This document shows positions 10,256 to 19,368 of a stretch of DNA of 57,088 nucleotides, one piece after another. Under the pieces are notes generated by a model that saw only the letters and a program-made list of their open reading frames with translations, did no database searches and had not been told where the DNA came from. The translations under genes and the position numbers were made by a program. Numbering within the stretch: the stretch's first letter is position 1; every line of letters begins with the position of its first letter. Source of the DNA: Thermoplasmatota archaeon. Lineage in GTDB: Archaea > Thermoplasmatota > Thermoplasmata > Thermoplasmatales > ARK-15. The DNA lies in NCBI GenBank assembly GCA_031961585.1, contig JAVRLJ010000001.1, forward strand, positions 1 through 57,088, given 5' to 3'.

Positions 10256-11477
10256 TTATACCGAAACCTATCAATCTCCATCTGTTCTGAATTCTCCTGC
10301 TTATTGCAACCCTCTGACCCTTTTCAGCTATGACAGGATACTTTAATGTTATATCAGCATCATCATCCCTTGCACTCTTAACTACTCCTACAGTTGTTGT
10401 TGTACCAACGCTTAACATTAAAGCCTCATTTGTCCTTATTTTATCAACCTTAAGTTCCTCAATGAACCCAACAACGTATTCGAGGAGATGCACCTCTATT
10501 GTTAAATCCTGTATAATATCGGGTAAGGTTCCAGGCTTTCCCACCATCCTTCCAATCAATCCATCGGCCTTTGTCAAGGATGGATCCAGTTTTGTTCCTA
10601 TTGCAACAAGTCCTCCGGGCCTTACCTCCTCCCAGCTCCTTCCACCGGAATAAAGTGAAACTATATCGGTGTATATTGGTTCCCAGGCAGTCTTCTTTCC
10701 CTTGGTTACCTGGAAACCCGGTGAAATCTCTATTTCATCCCCGACCCTGAACCTTCCCTGTATTATTGATCCACCAACCACACCACCAACAAGTTTGTCA
10801 GGCGGAGCACCCGGTTTGTTAACATCAAAGGATCTTGCAATGTACATCCTTCCAGGTTTGTCCGGATCGAACTTTGGTGTTTTTATAACCTTTTCTATGG
10901 CCTCAATCAAAACATCAATGTTCGCACCCTGCTGTGCGCTCACTGGAATTATGGGTGCATTTTCAGCTATTGTTCCCTTCACAAATTCTTTTATTTCTTT
11001 ATAATTATCAAGAGCTCTCTCCTGACTAACAAGATCAATTTTATTCTGAACAATAATAATCTGTGAAACACCAACAATCTCAAGTGCCTTTAAATGCTCC
11101 CTTGTCTGCGGCTGTGGGCATTTCTGGTTCGCTGCAACAAGGAGAAGTGCACCGTTCATTATCGCTGCACCTGAGAGCATTGTTGCCATGAGTGTTTCAT
11201 GCCCTGGCGAATCAACGAATGAAACTACCCTTTCAAGTGTTAGGTTTCCGTCACACTTCAGGTTTGCTGATGAAACATACCTCTTTTTACCATTCTCCTC
11301 ACAGATATAAAAGGCAGCATCCGCATATCCAAGTTTTATTGAAACACCCCTTTTAATTTCCTCACTGTATGTATCTGTCCATGTTCCTGTTAATGCCTTG
11401 GTAAGGGTTGTTTTACCATGATCGACATGACCAACCAGTCCGATATTCACTTCCGGCTGCCTTGGCATTTCTGTCAT
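10248..11477 (-). CDS. eif2g: Translation initiation factor aIF2 gamma subunit
   Basis: GTPase motifs [20 protein letters not shown]; domains II/III typical of aIF2-gamma. 409 aa. Confidence 0.95.
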   Translation of the reverse strand: MTEMPRQPEVNIGLVGHVDHGKTTLTKALTGTWTDTYSEEIKRGVSIKLGYADAAFYICEENGKKRYVSSANLKCDGNLTLERVVSFVDSPGHETLMATMLSGAAIMNGALLLVAANQKCPQPQTREHLKALEIVGVSQIIIVQNKIDLVSQERALDNYKEIKEFVKGTIAENAPIIPVSAQQGANIDVLIEAIEKVIKTPKFDPDKPGRMYIARSFDVNKPGAPPDKLVGGVVGGSIIQGRFRVGDEIEISPGFQVTKGKKTAWEPIYTDIVSLYSGGRSWEEVRPGGLVAIGTKLDPSLTKADGLIGRMVGKPGTLPDIIQDLTIEVHLLEYVVGFIEELKVDKIRTNEALMLSVGTTTTVGVVKSARDDDADITLKYPVIAEKGQRVAISRRIQNRWRLIGFGIIK

Positions 11478-11860
11478 TTCTGATCTCCGGATTTGGCCGG
11501 GAATGGCGCTTCACCGTATTCAACAACCATTGTGTTTATCTGAACAATTTCACCGGTTATTGTATTTCCCCTCAAAAGTTTCTTCTTCCTCAATCCCTTT
11601 TTCTTTGGGTGAAAACCCAAACCTCCCGAATGAAGGATTGCCTTTCTTATACCTCCCTGTATGTTCGGTGACATGGGGAAGCCATCCTTATCCGTTCCAC
11701 CCGTTATTTTCAATTTATAACCTGAAAGTTCAACAATGGATCCGTCTATTATATCACCTATTTTCTTCCCGATAAGAGAATCAGCTGTTGGACTTTCAAC
11801 ATCCTTCTGGAACGATTTTCCTGTTTTTGGATCGGATACAACAACCTTGAATGTAACCAT
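11474..11860 (-). CDS. rps6e: 30S ribosomal protein S6e
   Basis: [18 protein letters not shown]..., [10 protein letters not shown], typical eS6. Its stop overlaps the eif2g start (4 nt). Confidence 0.93.
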   Translation of the reverse strand: MVTFKVVVSDPKTGKSFQKDVESPTADSLIGKKIGDIIDGSIVELSGYKLKITGGTDKDGFPMSPNIQGGIRKAILHSGGLGFHPKKKGLRKKKLLRGNTITGEIVQINTMVVEYGEAPFPAKSGDQK

Positions 11861-12117
11861 ATTTATACACCGTGCTTTTATCTTTAATATAAAGGGAATA
11901 TTTTAATTTTTGTGAATGCCTTTTGCATATCAAAAATTTTTTTAATCATTTACTCTATTCTTTTATGAACTTCAGGGAAAAGTTTGCCATGAGAGTTCAT
12001 CTTTCATGTCCATTTTTCAGGTTTTTTAATGTGAGTAGAATGAAGAAATTCAAATTGGTGAAATAAAAAAATTGAAGCGTTAGTTTTATCTATCCTTTTA
12101 ATTTATGGTGTGAATGA

Positions 12118-12190
12118 GCAGGTGTGGTGTAGCATGGTAGCACTAGAGCCTTCCAAGCTCTCGACCCGGGTTCAAATCCCGGCACCTGCA
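12118..12190 (+). tRNA. tRNA-Gly (anticodon UCC)
   Basis: Hand-folded cloverleaf: acceptor GCAGGTG/CACCTGC, D-arm GTGTAGCATGGTAGCAC, anticodon stem AGAGC/GCTCT with loop CTTCCAA (UCC), T-arm CCGGG-TTCAAAT-CCCGG, discriminator A. No encoded CCA. Confidence 0.93.
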
Positions 12191-12279
12191 CTCAGTACAT
12201 AAATGGATATCTGTAATCGGTTGGCGGGTTAAAGTTTTCTTTTATTGCCCTTGGCGTTACCCATCCAATAAGGTTCCAT

Positions 12280-12519
<240 letters not shown>

Positions 12520-12672
12520 TTATCCGGTGCAAAAATCCAGTTTTGGTTCATTCTGCGGTTTTGGTATTAAATATTTCAATACTTTAATTCCTTTCCATTG
12601 AAATTTTTTATGTTATTATTTAAAATTTTCTGGCAAAATTTAAATATTATTACACATTTGAGTATTAAGGTG

Positions 12673-12984
12673 ATGGATATGTTTGGATGGTATGGAAGAG
12701 GATTCGGTAGAGGATGGGGAGCAACACTCGGTTACTGCCCCTGGACAGGTATGCCCAGAGGATGGAGATGGTGGGGTTACTGGCCGGGCTATTCAGCATA
12801 TCCTTATACAAACCCGCCAAGCTCATGGACCAATCCTTACACACCATATACAGCGCAAAACTTTCCAGGGTACACATGGACCTATGGTAACATAGATGAG
12901 AAAACAGCACTTGAAAATGAGTACAGGTATCTTCAGGAAAGGCTTGAGGATGTGAAAAGGAGACTGGATGAATTAAAGAAATAA
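12673..12984 (+). CDS. DUF5320-like protein (aromatic/Gly-rich N-terminal region plus C-terminal coiled coil)
   Basis: ORF 12598..12984; AAGGTGA precedes ATG 12673/12679. GWYGRGFGRGWG...low-complexity region followed by EKTALENEYRYLQERLEDVKRRLDELKK, the layout I associate with DUF5320. It has the usual NifX-like and MinD/ferredoxin ATPase neighbours. Confidence 0.65.
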   Translation: MDMFGWYGRGFGRGWGATLGYCPWTGMPRGWRWWGYWPGYSAYPYTNPPSSWTNPYTPYTAQNFPGYTWTYGNIDEKTALENEYRYLQERLEDVKRRLDELKK

Positions 12985-13042
12985 ATTTCGTTTAACCTAA
13001 AATTTAATAACTTTTTTTTATTACCCCTTTTCTGTGATGTTT

Positions 13043-13468
13043 ATGAGAATATGTGTTGCCTCATCTGGAAATGGCGGTCTTACAGATATGGTTAGTTCTG
13101 CTTTTGGTAGATGCCCCTCATTCACGATAGTTGATGTTGAGAATGGTGAAATAAAGAATGTAAGGGTCATACCAAACCAGGGTGCCTATGCCGGAAGCGG
13201 TGCTGGTATTCAGGCTGCCCAGATCGTTGTTAATGAAGGATGCAATGTTCTTATAGCAGGAAGTATAGGACCTAATTCATACCAGGTTCTGTCCATGGGA
13301 AGGGTGGATATGAGGGAATCACCACCCCTTACGATCAAGGATGCAGTAAATGCATACCTTGAAGGTAAATTACCACCATCCATGGGTCAGGGTAGGGGAA
13401 TGGGTGGTGGAATGGGCAGGGGAATGGGAAGGAGAGGACACGGAAGGGGTGGACCAGGGAACTGGTGA
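13043..13468 (+). CDS. NifX/NifB-C-terminal-like (dinitrogenase FeMo-cofactor biosynthesis domain family) protein with Gly/Met/Arg-rich tail
   Basis: MRICVASSGNGGLTDMVSSAFGRCPSFTIVDVENGEI...AGIQAAQIVVNEGCNVLIAGSIGPNSYQVL is typical of COG1433-type proteins. The tail is GQGRGMGGGMGRGMGRRGHGRGGPGNW. Start uncertain (GTG 13034, ATG 13037 or ATG 13043). Confidence 0.8.
   Translation: MRICVASSGNGGLTDMVSSAFGRCPSFTIVDVENGEIKNVRVIPNQGAYAGSGAGIQAAQIVVNEGCNVLIAGSIGPNSYQVLSMGRVDMRESPPLTIKDAVNAYLEGKLPPSMGQGRGMGGGMGRGMGRRGHGRGGPGNW
13384..13459 (+). repeat. G-run tract (9 runs of G3-4) on the coding strand; potential G-quadruplex-forming sequence encoding the Gly/Met/Arg tail
   Basis: GGGtcaGGGtaGGGGaatGGGtggtggaatGGGcaGGGGaatGGG...GGGG...GGG, read directly at 13384-13459. 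The first four and the next three runs satisfy G3+N1-7 spacing. Confidence 0.5.
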
Positions 13469-13472
13469 TTGA

Positions 13473-14324
13473 ATGAAGTTTGCTGTCACCGGAGGCAAGG
13501 GTGGAACAGGTAAAAGTACGGTAGCAATAAACCTTGCCTGGTTATTATCCAAGAAAAATAAAGTTGTTCTTGTTGATGCTGACGTGGAATGCCCAAACGA
13601 TCATATTCTATTATCCTTGGAATTAAAAAATAAGAAGGAAGCTTACATATTCAGGCCCAAGTTTAACTATAAAACATGCATAAAATGTGGTCTTTGCAGG
13701 GATAACTGTTCGGAACATGCTATTGTTATGTTCAAGGAAGGTTATCCATTTTTAATGCCCACACTCTGCAGCGGATGCAAAACCTGTCAGCTTGTTTGTC
13801 CTGTGAATGCAATTGAAAGTGATAGGAAAATAATAGGGCATACATTTGTTACCCAGTTGAATGAAAATTTGACACTTGTTACAGGAATGCTCAAGGAAGG
13901 TGAGGAAAGATCCTATCCGCTTGTTCTTGAAACAAAAAGAAGGGCTGAGGAGATAGATGCGGACATAAAAATATATGATACTTCAGCTGGAACAGGTAAC
14001 GTTGTTGCTGCTGCAATAGATGGTACCGATTTTGCCATAGTTGTTACTGAACCAACACCCCTTGGCATACATGATCTCAGAATGATAATGAATTTGCTCA
14101 ACAAACAGAAAAAGAAAGGTTATGTTGTTGTTAACAGGTATGATCTTGTTGTAAATTTTGATGAAAATGGCCTTGATATAATTGGAAGGATACCTCTGAG
14201 CGATGAAGTTTTAAAAAGTTACATCTCAGGCAAACCTGTTGTTGAAACTTTTCCTGAGAGCGATGCATCAAAGGAATTCAATAGAATATATAATAAGGTG
14301 ATTGAAATATGGCAGAAATTGTAG
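13473..14324 (+). CDS. MinD/ParA-superfamily P-loop ATPase with inserted 2x[4Fe-4S] ferredoxin domain
   Basis: Deviant Walker A GGKGGTGKST; Cys motifs CIKCGLCRDNC and CSGCKTCQLVCP inserted after the P-loop; Walker B-like IYDTSAG. COG1149-type architecture (from memory). Confidence 0.88.
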   Translation: MKFAVTGGKGGTGKSTVAINLAWLLSKKNKVVLVDADVECPNDHILLSLELKNKKEAYIFRPKFNYKTCIKCGLCRDNCSEHAIVMFKEGYPFLMPTLCSGCKTCQLVCPVNAIESDRKIIGHTFVTQLNENLTLVTGMLKEGEERSYPLVLETKRRAEEIDADIKIYDTSAGTGNVVAAAIDGTDFAIVVTEPTPLGIHDLRMIMNLLNKQKKKGYVVVNRYDLVVNFDENGLDIIGRIPLSDEVLKSYISGKPVVETFPESDASKEFNRIYNKVIEIWQKL

Positions 14325-15184
14325 TGGCAAGCGGTAAGGGTGGTGTTGGAAAAAGCACACTTTCATCGTCACTTTCATTGATATTCAAAGATCATGGTGT
14401 GGGAATTGTTGATGCTGATGCTGAGGCTCCAAACCTTCATTTACTTCTGGATGTAAAATGGAAGGAGGAGAGGGAATTTAAAAGCAAAAGTATTGCTGTT
14501 ATAGATTACAGCAAATGTACGGGCTGTATGCTCTGCAAGAATGTATGCACGTATGAGGCCATAGAAGGAACAACAACACCAACCATAAAGGAATACATAT
14601 GCGAGGGGTGCAATGCATGCGGTGTTGTTTGCCCTGTTGGTGCAATAAAAATTTCACAGAATAACTTTTCAGGATGGATTAGAATAGGTGAAACTGAATT
14701 TTCACCATTCGTGATGGGTGAAATGGATGTTGGTCAGGCAAACAGCGGTAAACTTGTTACTGAGGTAAAAAACATTGGAAGATCATGGGTGAAGGATGGA
14801 AAAATAAGGAATTTAATTGTTGATTCAGCAGCAGGAATAGGATGCCAGGTTATTGCATCATTGAGCGGTGCAAACTATGCAATACTTGTTGCTGAGCCAA
14901 CAGATTCAAGTCTTAGCGATCTTAAAAGGGTGTATTACCTTGCACAGCATTTCAGGGTTAAATCTTTCATAGTTATTAACAAGTACGATATAAATCCTGG
15001 ATTTAGCAAAATAGAAGATTTTGCAAGGGAGGAGAACCTTGAAATAATAGGTAAAATTCCATACGATAAAAACATACCAAAATCCATGGCAATGAGAAAA
15101 ACAGTAATTGAATATGATAGAAATTCTCCCGCTTCCCTTGAGATTTTTAATATAGCCCAAAGGATTGAAAATATTCTCGAATAA
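14309..15184 (+). CDS. MinD/ParA-superfamily P-loop ATPase with inserted 2x[4Fe-4S] ferredoxin domain (paralogue)
   Basis: SGKGGVGKST; CTGCMLCKNVC and CEGCNACGVVCP; LIVDSAAG. AAGGTGATT precedes the ATG, and the start overlaps the upstream gene by 16 nt. Confidence 0.88.
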   Translation: MAEIVVASGKGGVGKSTLSSSLSLIFKDHGVGIVDADAEAPNLHLLLDVKWKEEREFKSKSIAVIDYSKCTGCMLCKNVCTYEAIEGTTTPTIKEYICEGCNACGVVCPVGAIKISQNNFSGWIRIGETEFSPFVMGEMDVGQANSGKLVTEVKNIGRSWVKDGKIRNLIVDSAAGIGCQVIASLSGANYAILVAEPTDSSLSDLKRVYYLAQHFRVKSFIVINKYDINPGFSKIEDFAREENLEIIGKIPYDKNIPKSMAMRKTVIEYDRNSPASLEIFNIAQRIENILE

Positions 15185-15236
15185 AAACATAAAATATTTT
15201 AATAAAGAAGTGCATAATGAAAGAAGGTGCTTGGTG

Positions 15237-16493
15237 ATGAAAACATCAAGGATTAGCGGTTTCTATAACCTTAGCATTGAGGAAAGAATGAATATTGTAA
15301 GGGAATTTTCGCAACTTGAAGAAAAGGAAATTGAGGAATTGAAAAAACCACTGGACATGGATATTGCAAACAGAATGATAGAGAATGTTGTTTATCTTAT
15401 GGACGTCCCTGTGGGTATAGCAACAAATTTCCTCATAAACGGCAAAGATTACCTAATACCGATGGCAATAGAGGAACCGAGCGTTGTTGCAGCGGCAAGC
15501 AATGCCGCAAAGGTTGCAAGGACGAAGGGGGGATTCAGGGCCATATCAACAGAACCTTTGATGATCGGACAGATCCAGGTTCTTAACATCAAGGATCCAT
15601 ACAGTGCAAAGTTTAAGATACTTGAGAATAAGCAGCAGCTGATCAGGATCGCAAACGAACAGGATCCTGTTCTTGTTAACCTGGGTGGTGGATGCAGGGA
15701 CATTGAGGTGAGGATACTGGATACAAAACCTGGACCCATGGTTATTGTTCATATCATTGTTGACGTGAGGGATGCAATGGGTGCAAATGCCGTTAACACA
15801 ATGGCTGAAAGTCTTGCACCCTACATAGAAGATATTACTGGTGGAAAGGTTTATCTTAGAATTCTGAGCAACCTTGCAGTATACAGGCTTGCAAGGGCAT
15901 GGGCAATTTTTCCAAGATCGGAAATAGGTGATGCTGTTGAAGGCATTTATTATGCATATGAGTTTGCAGGGGTTGATCCATACAGGGCAACAACACATAA
16001 CAAGGGTATTATGAACGGTATAGATGCTGTTCTTATAGCTACAGCAAACGACTGGAGGGCTGTTGAAGCTGGTGCCCATGCATATGCAGCCCTTAATGGT
16101 TACACAAGTTTAACACACTACGAAATAAATAACGATGGAGATCTTGTTGGCTACATCGAATTACCCGTTGCTGTTGGTACTGTTGGCGGTGCATCATCCA
16201 CACATACAAAGGCAAAGATTGCAAGAAAAATATTGAACGTTTCATCTGCAAGGGAATTTTCTGAAATACTTGCAAGCGTTGGTCTTGCACAGAACTTTGC
16301 AGCATTGAGGGCTCTTGCAACGGAGGGTATTCAGAGGGGTCATATGAGCCTTCATGCAAGGAACATAGCAATTATGGCGGGTGCAACAGGTGATTTAATT
16401 GACAAAGTTGCGGAAATAATGGTAAGTGAGAAAAAGGTTAGGGTGGACAGGGCAAAGGAAATTCTGGAGAAGCTTAAGAATGAAAATCGTTAA
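15237..16493 (+). CDS. hmgA: Class II (bacterial-type) HMG-CoA reductase
   Basis: ORF 15165..16493; start taken at ATG 15237 (MKTSRISGFYNLSIEER). Motifs EEPSVVAAASNAAK, DAMGANAVNTM, GTVGG, RGHMSLHARN are class II signatures. About 418 aa with no membrane domain. Confidence 0.93.
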   Translation: MKTSRISGFYNLSIEERMNIVREFSQLEEKEIEELKKPLDMDIANRMIENVVYLMDVPVGIATNFLINGKDYLIPMAIEEPSVVAAASNAAKVARTKGGFRAISTEPLMIGQIQVLNIKDPYSAKFKILENKQQLIRIANEQDPVLVNLGGGCRDIEVRILDTKPGPMVIVHIIVDVRDAMGANAVNTMAESLAPYIEDITGGKVYLRILSNLAVYRLARAWAIFPRSEIGDAVEGIYYAYEFAGVDPYRATTHNKGIMNGIDAVLIATANDWRAVEAGAHAYAALNGYTSLTHYEINNDGDLVGYIELPVAVGTVGGASSTHTKAKIARKILNVSSAREFSEILASVGLAQNFAALRALATEGIQRGHMSLHARNIAIMAGATGDLIDKVAEIMVSEKKVRVDRAKEILEKLKNENR

Positions 16494-16944
16494 AATTCTT
16501 TCAATAACTCTCATTATTTTTGGTATTGTTGTTTCCTTTATACCATTAACTGAAACAAGCTCAACAACCATATCCTTTCCCTATGAACCACCAGATTATG
16601 TTTTTGCAAACGTTAACTACACATTTTCCCCTTCATCTGATTGCACAATAAATGTTTCCTGGAACGGAACCTGGAATGTTATGGTTGGTATAACAACCAA
16701 ATCGCTCTGGCTTGAAAATAAAACTGTATTGATTGAAAAATCTGGATATAGGAACAGCTTCAATTATAATCTACATGGTAATGTTCAGTACATTTTTGTT
16801 TTTAAAAGCATAAACTGGACAAACAATTCCTACACAGATCTTAAGATTGAAATATTTTATCCTCACGCATACCTTTACTACGGTATTATTTTTGTTATTT
16901 CAGGAATTGTAGTTTTAATTTACCATGAAATCAGGAGGTCCTGA
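16480..16944 (+). CDS. Small membrane protein (N- and C-terminal TM helices, sequon-rich middle)
   Basis: ATG 16480 (MKIVKILSITLIIFGIVVSFIP...) overlaps the hmgA stop by 14 nt. C-terminal helix YYGIIFVISGIVVLIY; several N-x-S/T sites. No family recognised. Confidence 0.55.
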   Translation: MKIVKILSITLIIFGIVVSFIPLTETSSTTISFPYEPPDYVFANVNYTFSPSSDCTINVSWNGTWNVMVGITTKSLWLENKTVLIEKSGYRNSFNYNLHGNVQYIFVFKSINWTNNSYTDLKIEIFYPHAYLYYGIIFVISGIVVLIYHEIRRS

Positions 16945-17878
16945 ACTTTTTCTCAAGTATCATGCTTTTTACATCATCCTTATCCTTTGCCCTTTCAAGT
17001 TCCTCCAGTGAAATCACGGGTATCCTTACATATGTATCCTCCTTTGTTACAGTGACAACAATACCATCCTTTGAAGTTATTTCAGTGATATTCTCTATCA
17101 TTGTTGCCTTGTTGATCAGATCCCTTTTGAACTTTGAAATTCCGACAAAAATAAGTTCATCCCTGTTTGTTGATAGTGCATCAATGGATGATCTTCTTGT
17201 GAAATAGACAGTATACCCTGCTTTCCTGAAAACATTATGGAATTCACTCTGTAAAACATCGTTTGTTTTCAAAAACATGGAGCAATTTTCAGGCTCGGGT
17301 AAATTTTCAAATGGATTGATCCTTTCCATGAATGTTTCGTTGAAATATTCCTCAATCCTTGCAATAACATCAAGAGATACGGCAGTATTTCCCTCCTCAT
17401 AAAGCTGTATTGATTTTCTTGAAACATTTGCAATCTTTGCAAGATCTCCAAGTGAAATGTTATATTTTTCTCTGAACTCCCTGAGCTTTTTTCCATTTAT
17501 CTTTGCATAATATCCACCAGGTGCCGCAAAACTGAAGGGGTATTCTCCATATTTCAAAAGGTCTGTGAATGTTTTAAGGCTCAAAACAGGTATATCGTAC
17601 CTTGAATAGAGAACATAATCGTCAAGTTTTCCGAGTCCACATTTAATACCCACAATAAGCGCCTTTGCCTTCAGAAGTTTTGAAATTAACTTTAATTCCT
17701 CAGCTGCTTCCTTTTTGAATGTATCAACGTTATAAAGCACCTTGATAATATAAATTTCATTATCTTTACTTGCCACTATATCGTAGCTGGAGGAATCAAG
17801 GATCTCGGATGAGATCTTGAAACCATTCTTTCCAAGTATCGCACGAACAACATTTTTAAGTATATTTCCTTCATCCAT
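16931..17878 (-). CDS. Conserved archaeal putative HTH-type (XRE/Cro-like) transcriptional regulator
   Basis: ORF end 17884 is TTG; ATG 17878 gives MDEGNILKNV. Central HTH NISLGDLAKIANVSRKSIQLYEEGNTAVSLDVIARIEEYF. Length of about 315 aa and layout match the COG1395-type archaeal family (from memory). Confidence 0.8.
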   Translation of the reverse strand: MDEGNILKNVVRAILGKNGFKISSEILDSSSYDIVASKDNEIYIIKVLYNVDTFKKEAAEELKLISKLLKAKALIVGIKCGLGKLDDYVLYSRYDIPVLSLKTFTDLLKYGEYPFSFAAPGGYYAKINGKKLREFREKYNISLGDLAKIANVSRKSIQLYEEGNTAVSLDVIARIEEYFNETFMERINPFENLPEPENCSMFLKTNDVLQSEFHNVFRKAGYTVYFTRRSSIDALSTNRDELIFVGISKFKRDLINKATMIENITEITSKDGIVVTVTKEDTYVRIPVISLEELERAKDKDDVKSMILEKKFRTS

Positions 17879-17989
17879 AGGCAATGCTTATTAAATTTTA
17901 CTATATATAAACATTTCGGATATCCCTCTTAGATGAATGGTGAACAAATTCAATTTTTATTATGACAACATGGCTTTCCTGTTACTTTT

Positions 17990-18064
17990 AAAATTTGCAC
18001 TATTTTAATTGTCACTGCAAATTTTTAAATAAAAGTTTGCAGTTATACTGCAAATGATGCAAAT
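17990..18064. promoter_or_regulatory. Cluster of TGCAAA/TTTGCA inverted and direct repeats flanking a TATA-like box and overlapping the ATPase start codon (candidate operator/promoter)
   Basis: Perfect 10-bp inverted repeat AAAATTTGCA (17990-17999) / TGCAAATTTT (18016-18025). Perfect 8-bp inverted repeat TTTGCAGT (18036-18043) / ACTGCAAA (18047-18054). An extra TGCAAAT at 18058-18064. TTTTTAAATAAAAG at 18022-18035. Confidence 0.4.
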
Positions 18065-19337
18065 CCTGAGAAAGGTATTGATGGATCAAAAGTATGAAAC
18101 TGAAGAAAAATTCAGAAAAACTGAATTTGTGGAGAGAGAATTTTTAGAGAATTTTAAAGATTTTATCAATAGTAATTTGATAAAGGTTACAACTGGTGCA
18201 AGAAGGTCAGGGAAATCATTCTTTACCTATTCCCTCCTCAAGAATGAAAATTTTAGCTATGTGAATTTTGATGAACCCATGCTAAAAAATGTTAATTCAA
18301 ACGATATTTTTTCAGCTTTACTTGAAGTTTATGGGAAAAATATGAATATAATTTTTTTTGATGAAATTCAGAATATGCAAGCATGGGAATTGTTTGTAAA
18401 TAAATTGCATAGATCCGGATATAATCTTTTCATTACTGGAAGTAATGCAAAACTTCTGAGTAAAGAACTTTCAACACATCTTACGGGCAGACATATACAA
18501 ATGGAAATTTTTCCATTTAGTTTCAGGGAATATTTACATGCATTAAAATTTAAAGAACCGATTGAAACAACTGTAGGACAGGGTTTGGTTAAAAATCATC
18601 TGTTGAATTATCTGGAAAATGGTGGTTTTCCAGAAATCGTAGTGGAGAAAGAAAATCCAAGAATTTATCTTAGACAGTTATTCAATGATATAGTGGAAAA
18701 AGATATAATTATGAGATACAACATTGCATACAAAAAAACATTCATTGAAATAGCCACTACGGTAATTGATAACTTTGGAAATTATGTGACATCAAACAGT
18801 ATTAAAAATTCTTTTGGTTTAAAAAGTGTACACACGGCAAAAAATTATCTTTATTATTTAAACGAATCATACCTTGTTTATTTCATAAATAAACTTTCAT
18901 TCAAGCCGAAAGAAAAAGAAGTTGCTCCAAAAAAGATCTATGTGACGGATCCAGGATTGATAAATGTGATATCAATGAAATTTAAAGAGGATTTTGGAAG
19001 AATAATTGAAAATGTTGTTGCGATTGATCTTTTAAGGAGAAGAAGCTACTGGTATAAACCATGGGAAATTTATTATTATAAGGATTATCAGGATCATGAA
19101 GTTGATTTTGCAATAAAGGATGGTGTGAGGATAAAATATTTGATCCAGGTAACATATTCCTCCGGAAAGGATGAAATAGAAAAAAGGGAATTGAACTCAT
19201 TAATAAAAGCATCCAATGAATTGAAATGTGATAATCTAACGGTGATAACATGGGATTATGAGGACGAATGGAAGGTTGAAAATAAAAAAATAATGTTCAT
19301 TCCTCTCTGGAAATGGTTGATTGAAATTCGTTCATAA
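18054..19337 (+). CDS. AAA-family ATPase with DUF4143-type C-terminal domain (COG1373-like)
   Basis: Walker A TGARRSGKSF, Walker B IIFFDEIQ, then a C-terminal region (YYYKDYQDHEVDFAI...) typical of the DUF4143/restriction-endonuclease-like tail of this family. Confidence 0.85.
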   Translation: MMQILRKVLMDQKYETEEKFRKTEFVEREFLENFKDFINSNLIKVTTGARRSGKSFFTYSLLKNENFSYVNFDEPMLKNVNSNDIFSALLEVYGKNMNIIFFDEIQNMQAWELFVNKLHRSGYNLFITGSNAKLLSKELSTHLTGRHIQMEIFPFSFREYLHALKFKEPIETTVGQGLVKNHLLNYLENGGFPEIVVEKENPRIYLRQLFNDIVEKDIIMRYNIAYKKTFIEIATTVIDNFGNYVTSNSIKNSFGLKSVHTAKNYLYYLNESYLVYFINKLSFKPKEKEVAPKKIYVTDPGLINVISMKFKEDFGRIIENVVAIDLLRRRSYWYKPWEIYYYKDYQDHEVDFAIKDGVRIKYLIQVTYSSGKDEIEKRELNSLIKASNELKCDNLTVITWDYEDEWKVENKKIMFIPLWKWLIEIRS

Positions 19338-19368
19338 TTAAATTAATTAAAATTTAAAAAACTTAAAA

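Noticed and set aside
10330-11004. Long plus-strand ORFs (107 and 111 aa) inside the eIF2-gamma gene. Similar antisense or alternative-frame ORFs occur inside hmgA (15449-16371), gatE (23667-24663), gyrA/gyrB, oppF (51016-51540) and others in the track.
   Set aside because: These are shadow ORFs opposite or out of frame with strongly supported conserved genes. Their translations are low-complexity (Ser/Pro/Thr/Leu-rich) and lack start-site signals.
12665-12910. Alternative-frame and antisense ORFs (12683-12895 plus strand; 12665-12910 minus strand) over the DUF5320-like gene
   Set aside because: They are artefacts of the Gly/Trp/Pro-rich, stop-poor coding sequence. The frame ending in the coiled coil has the RBS and the recognisable family layout.
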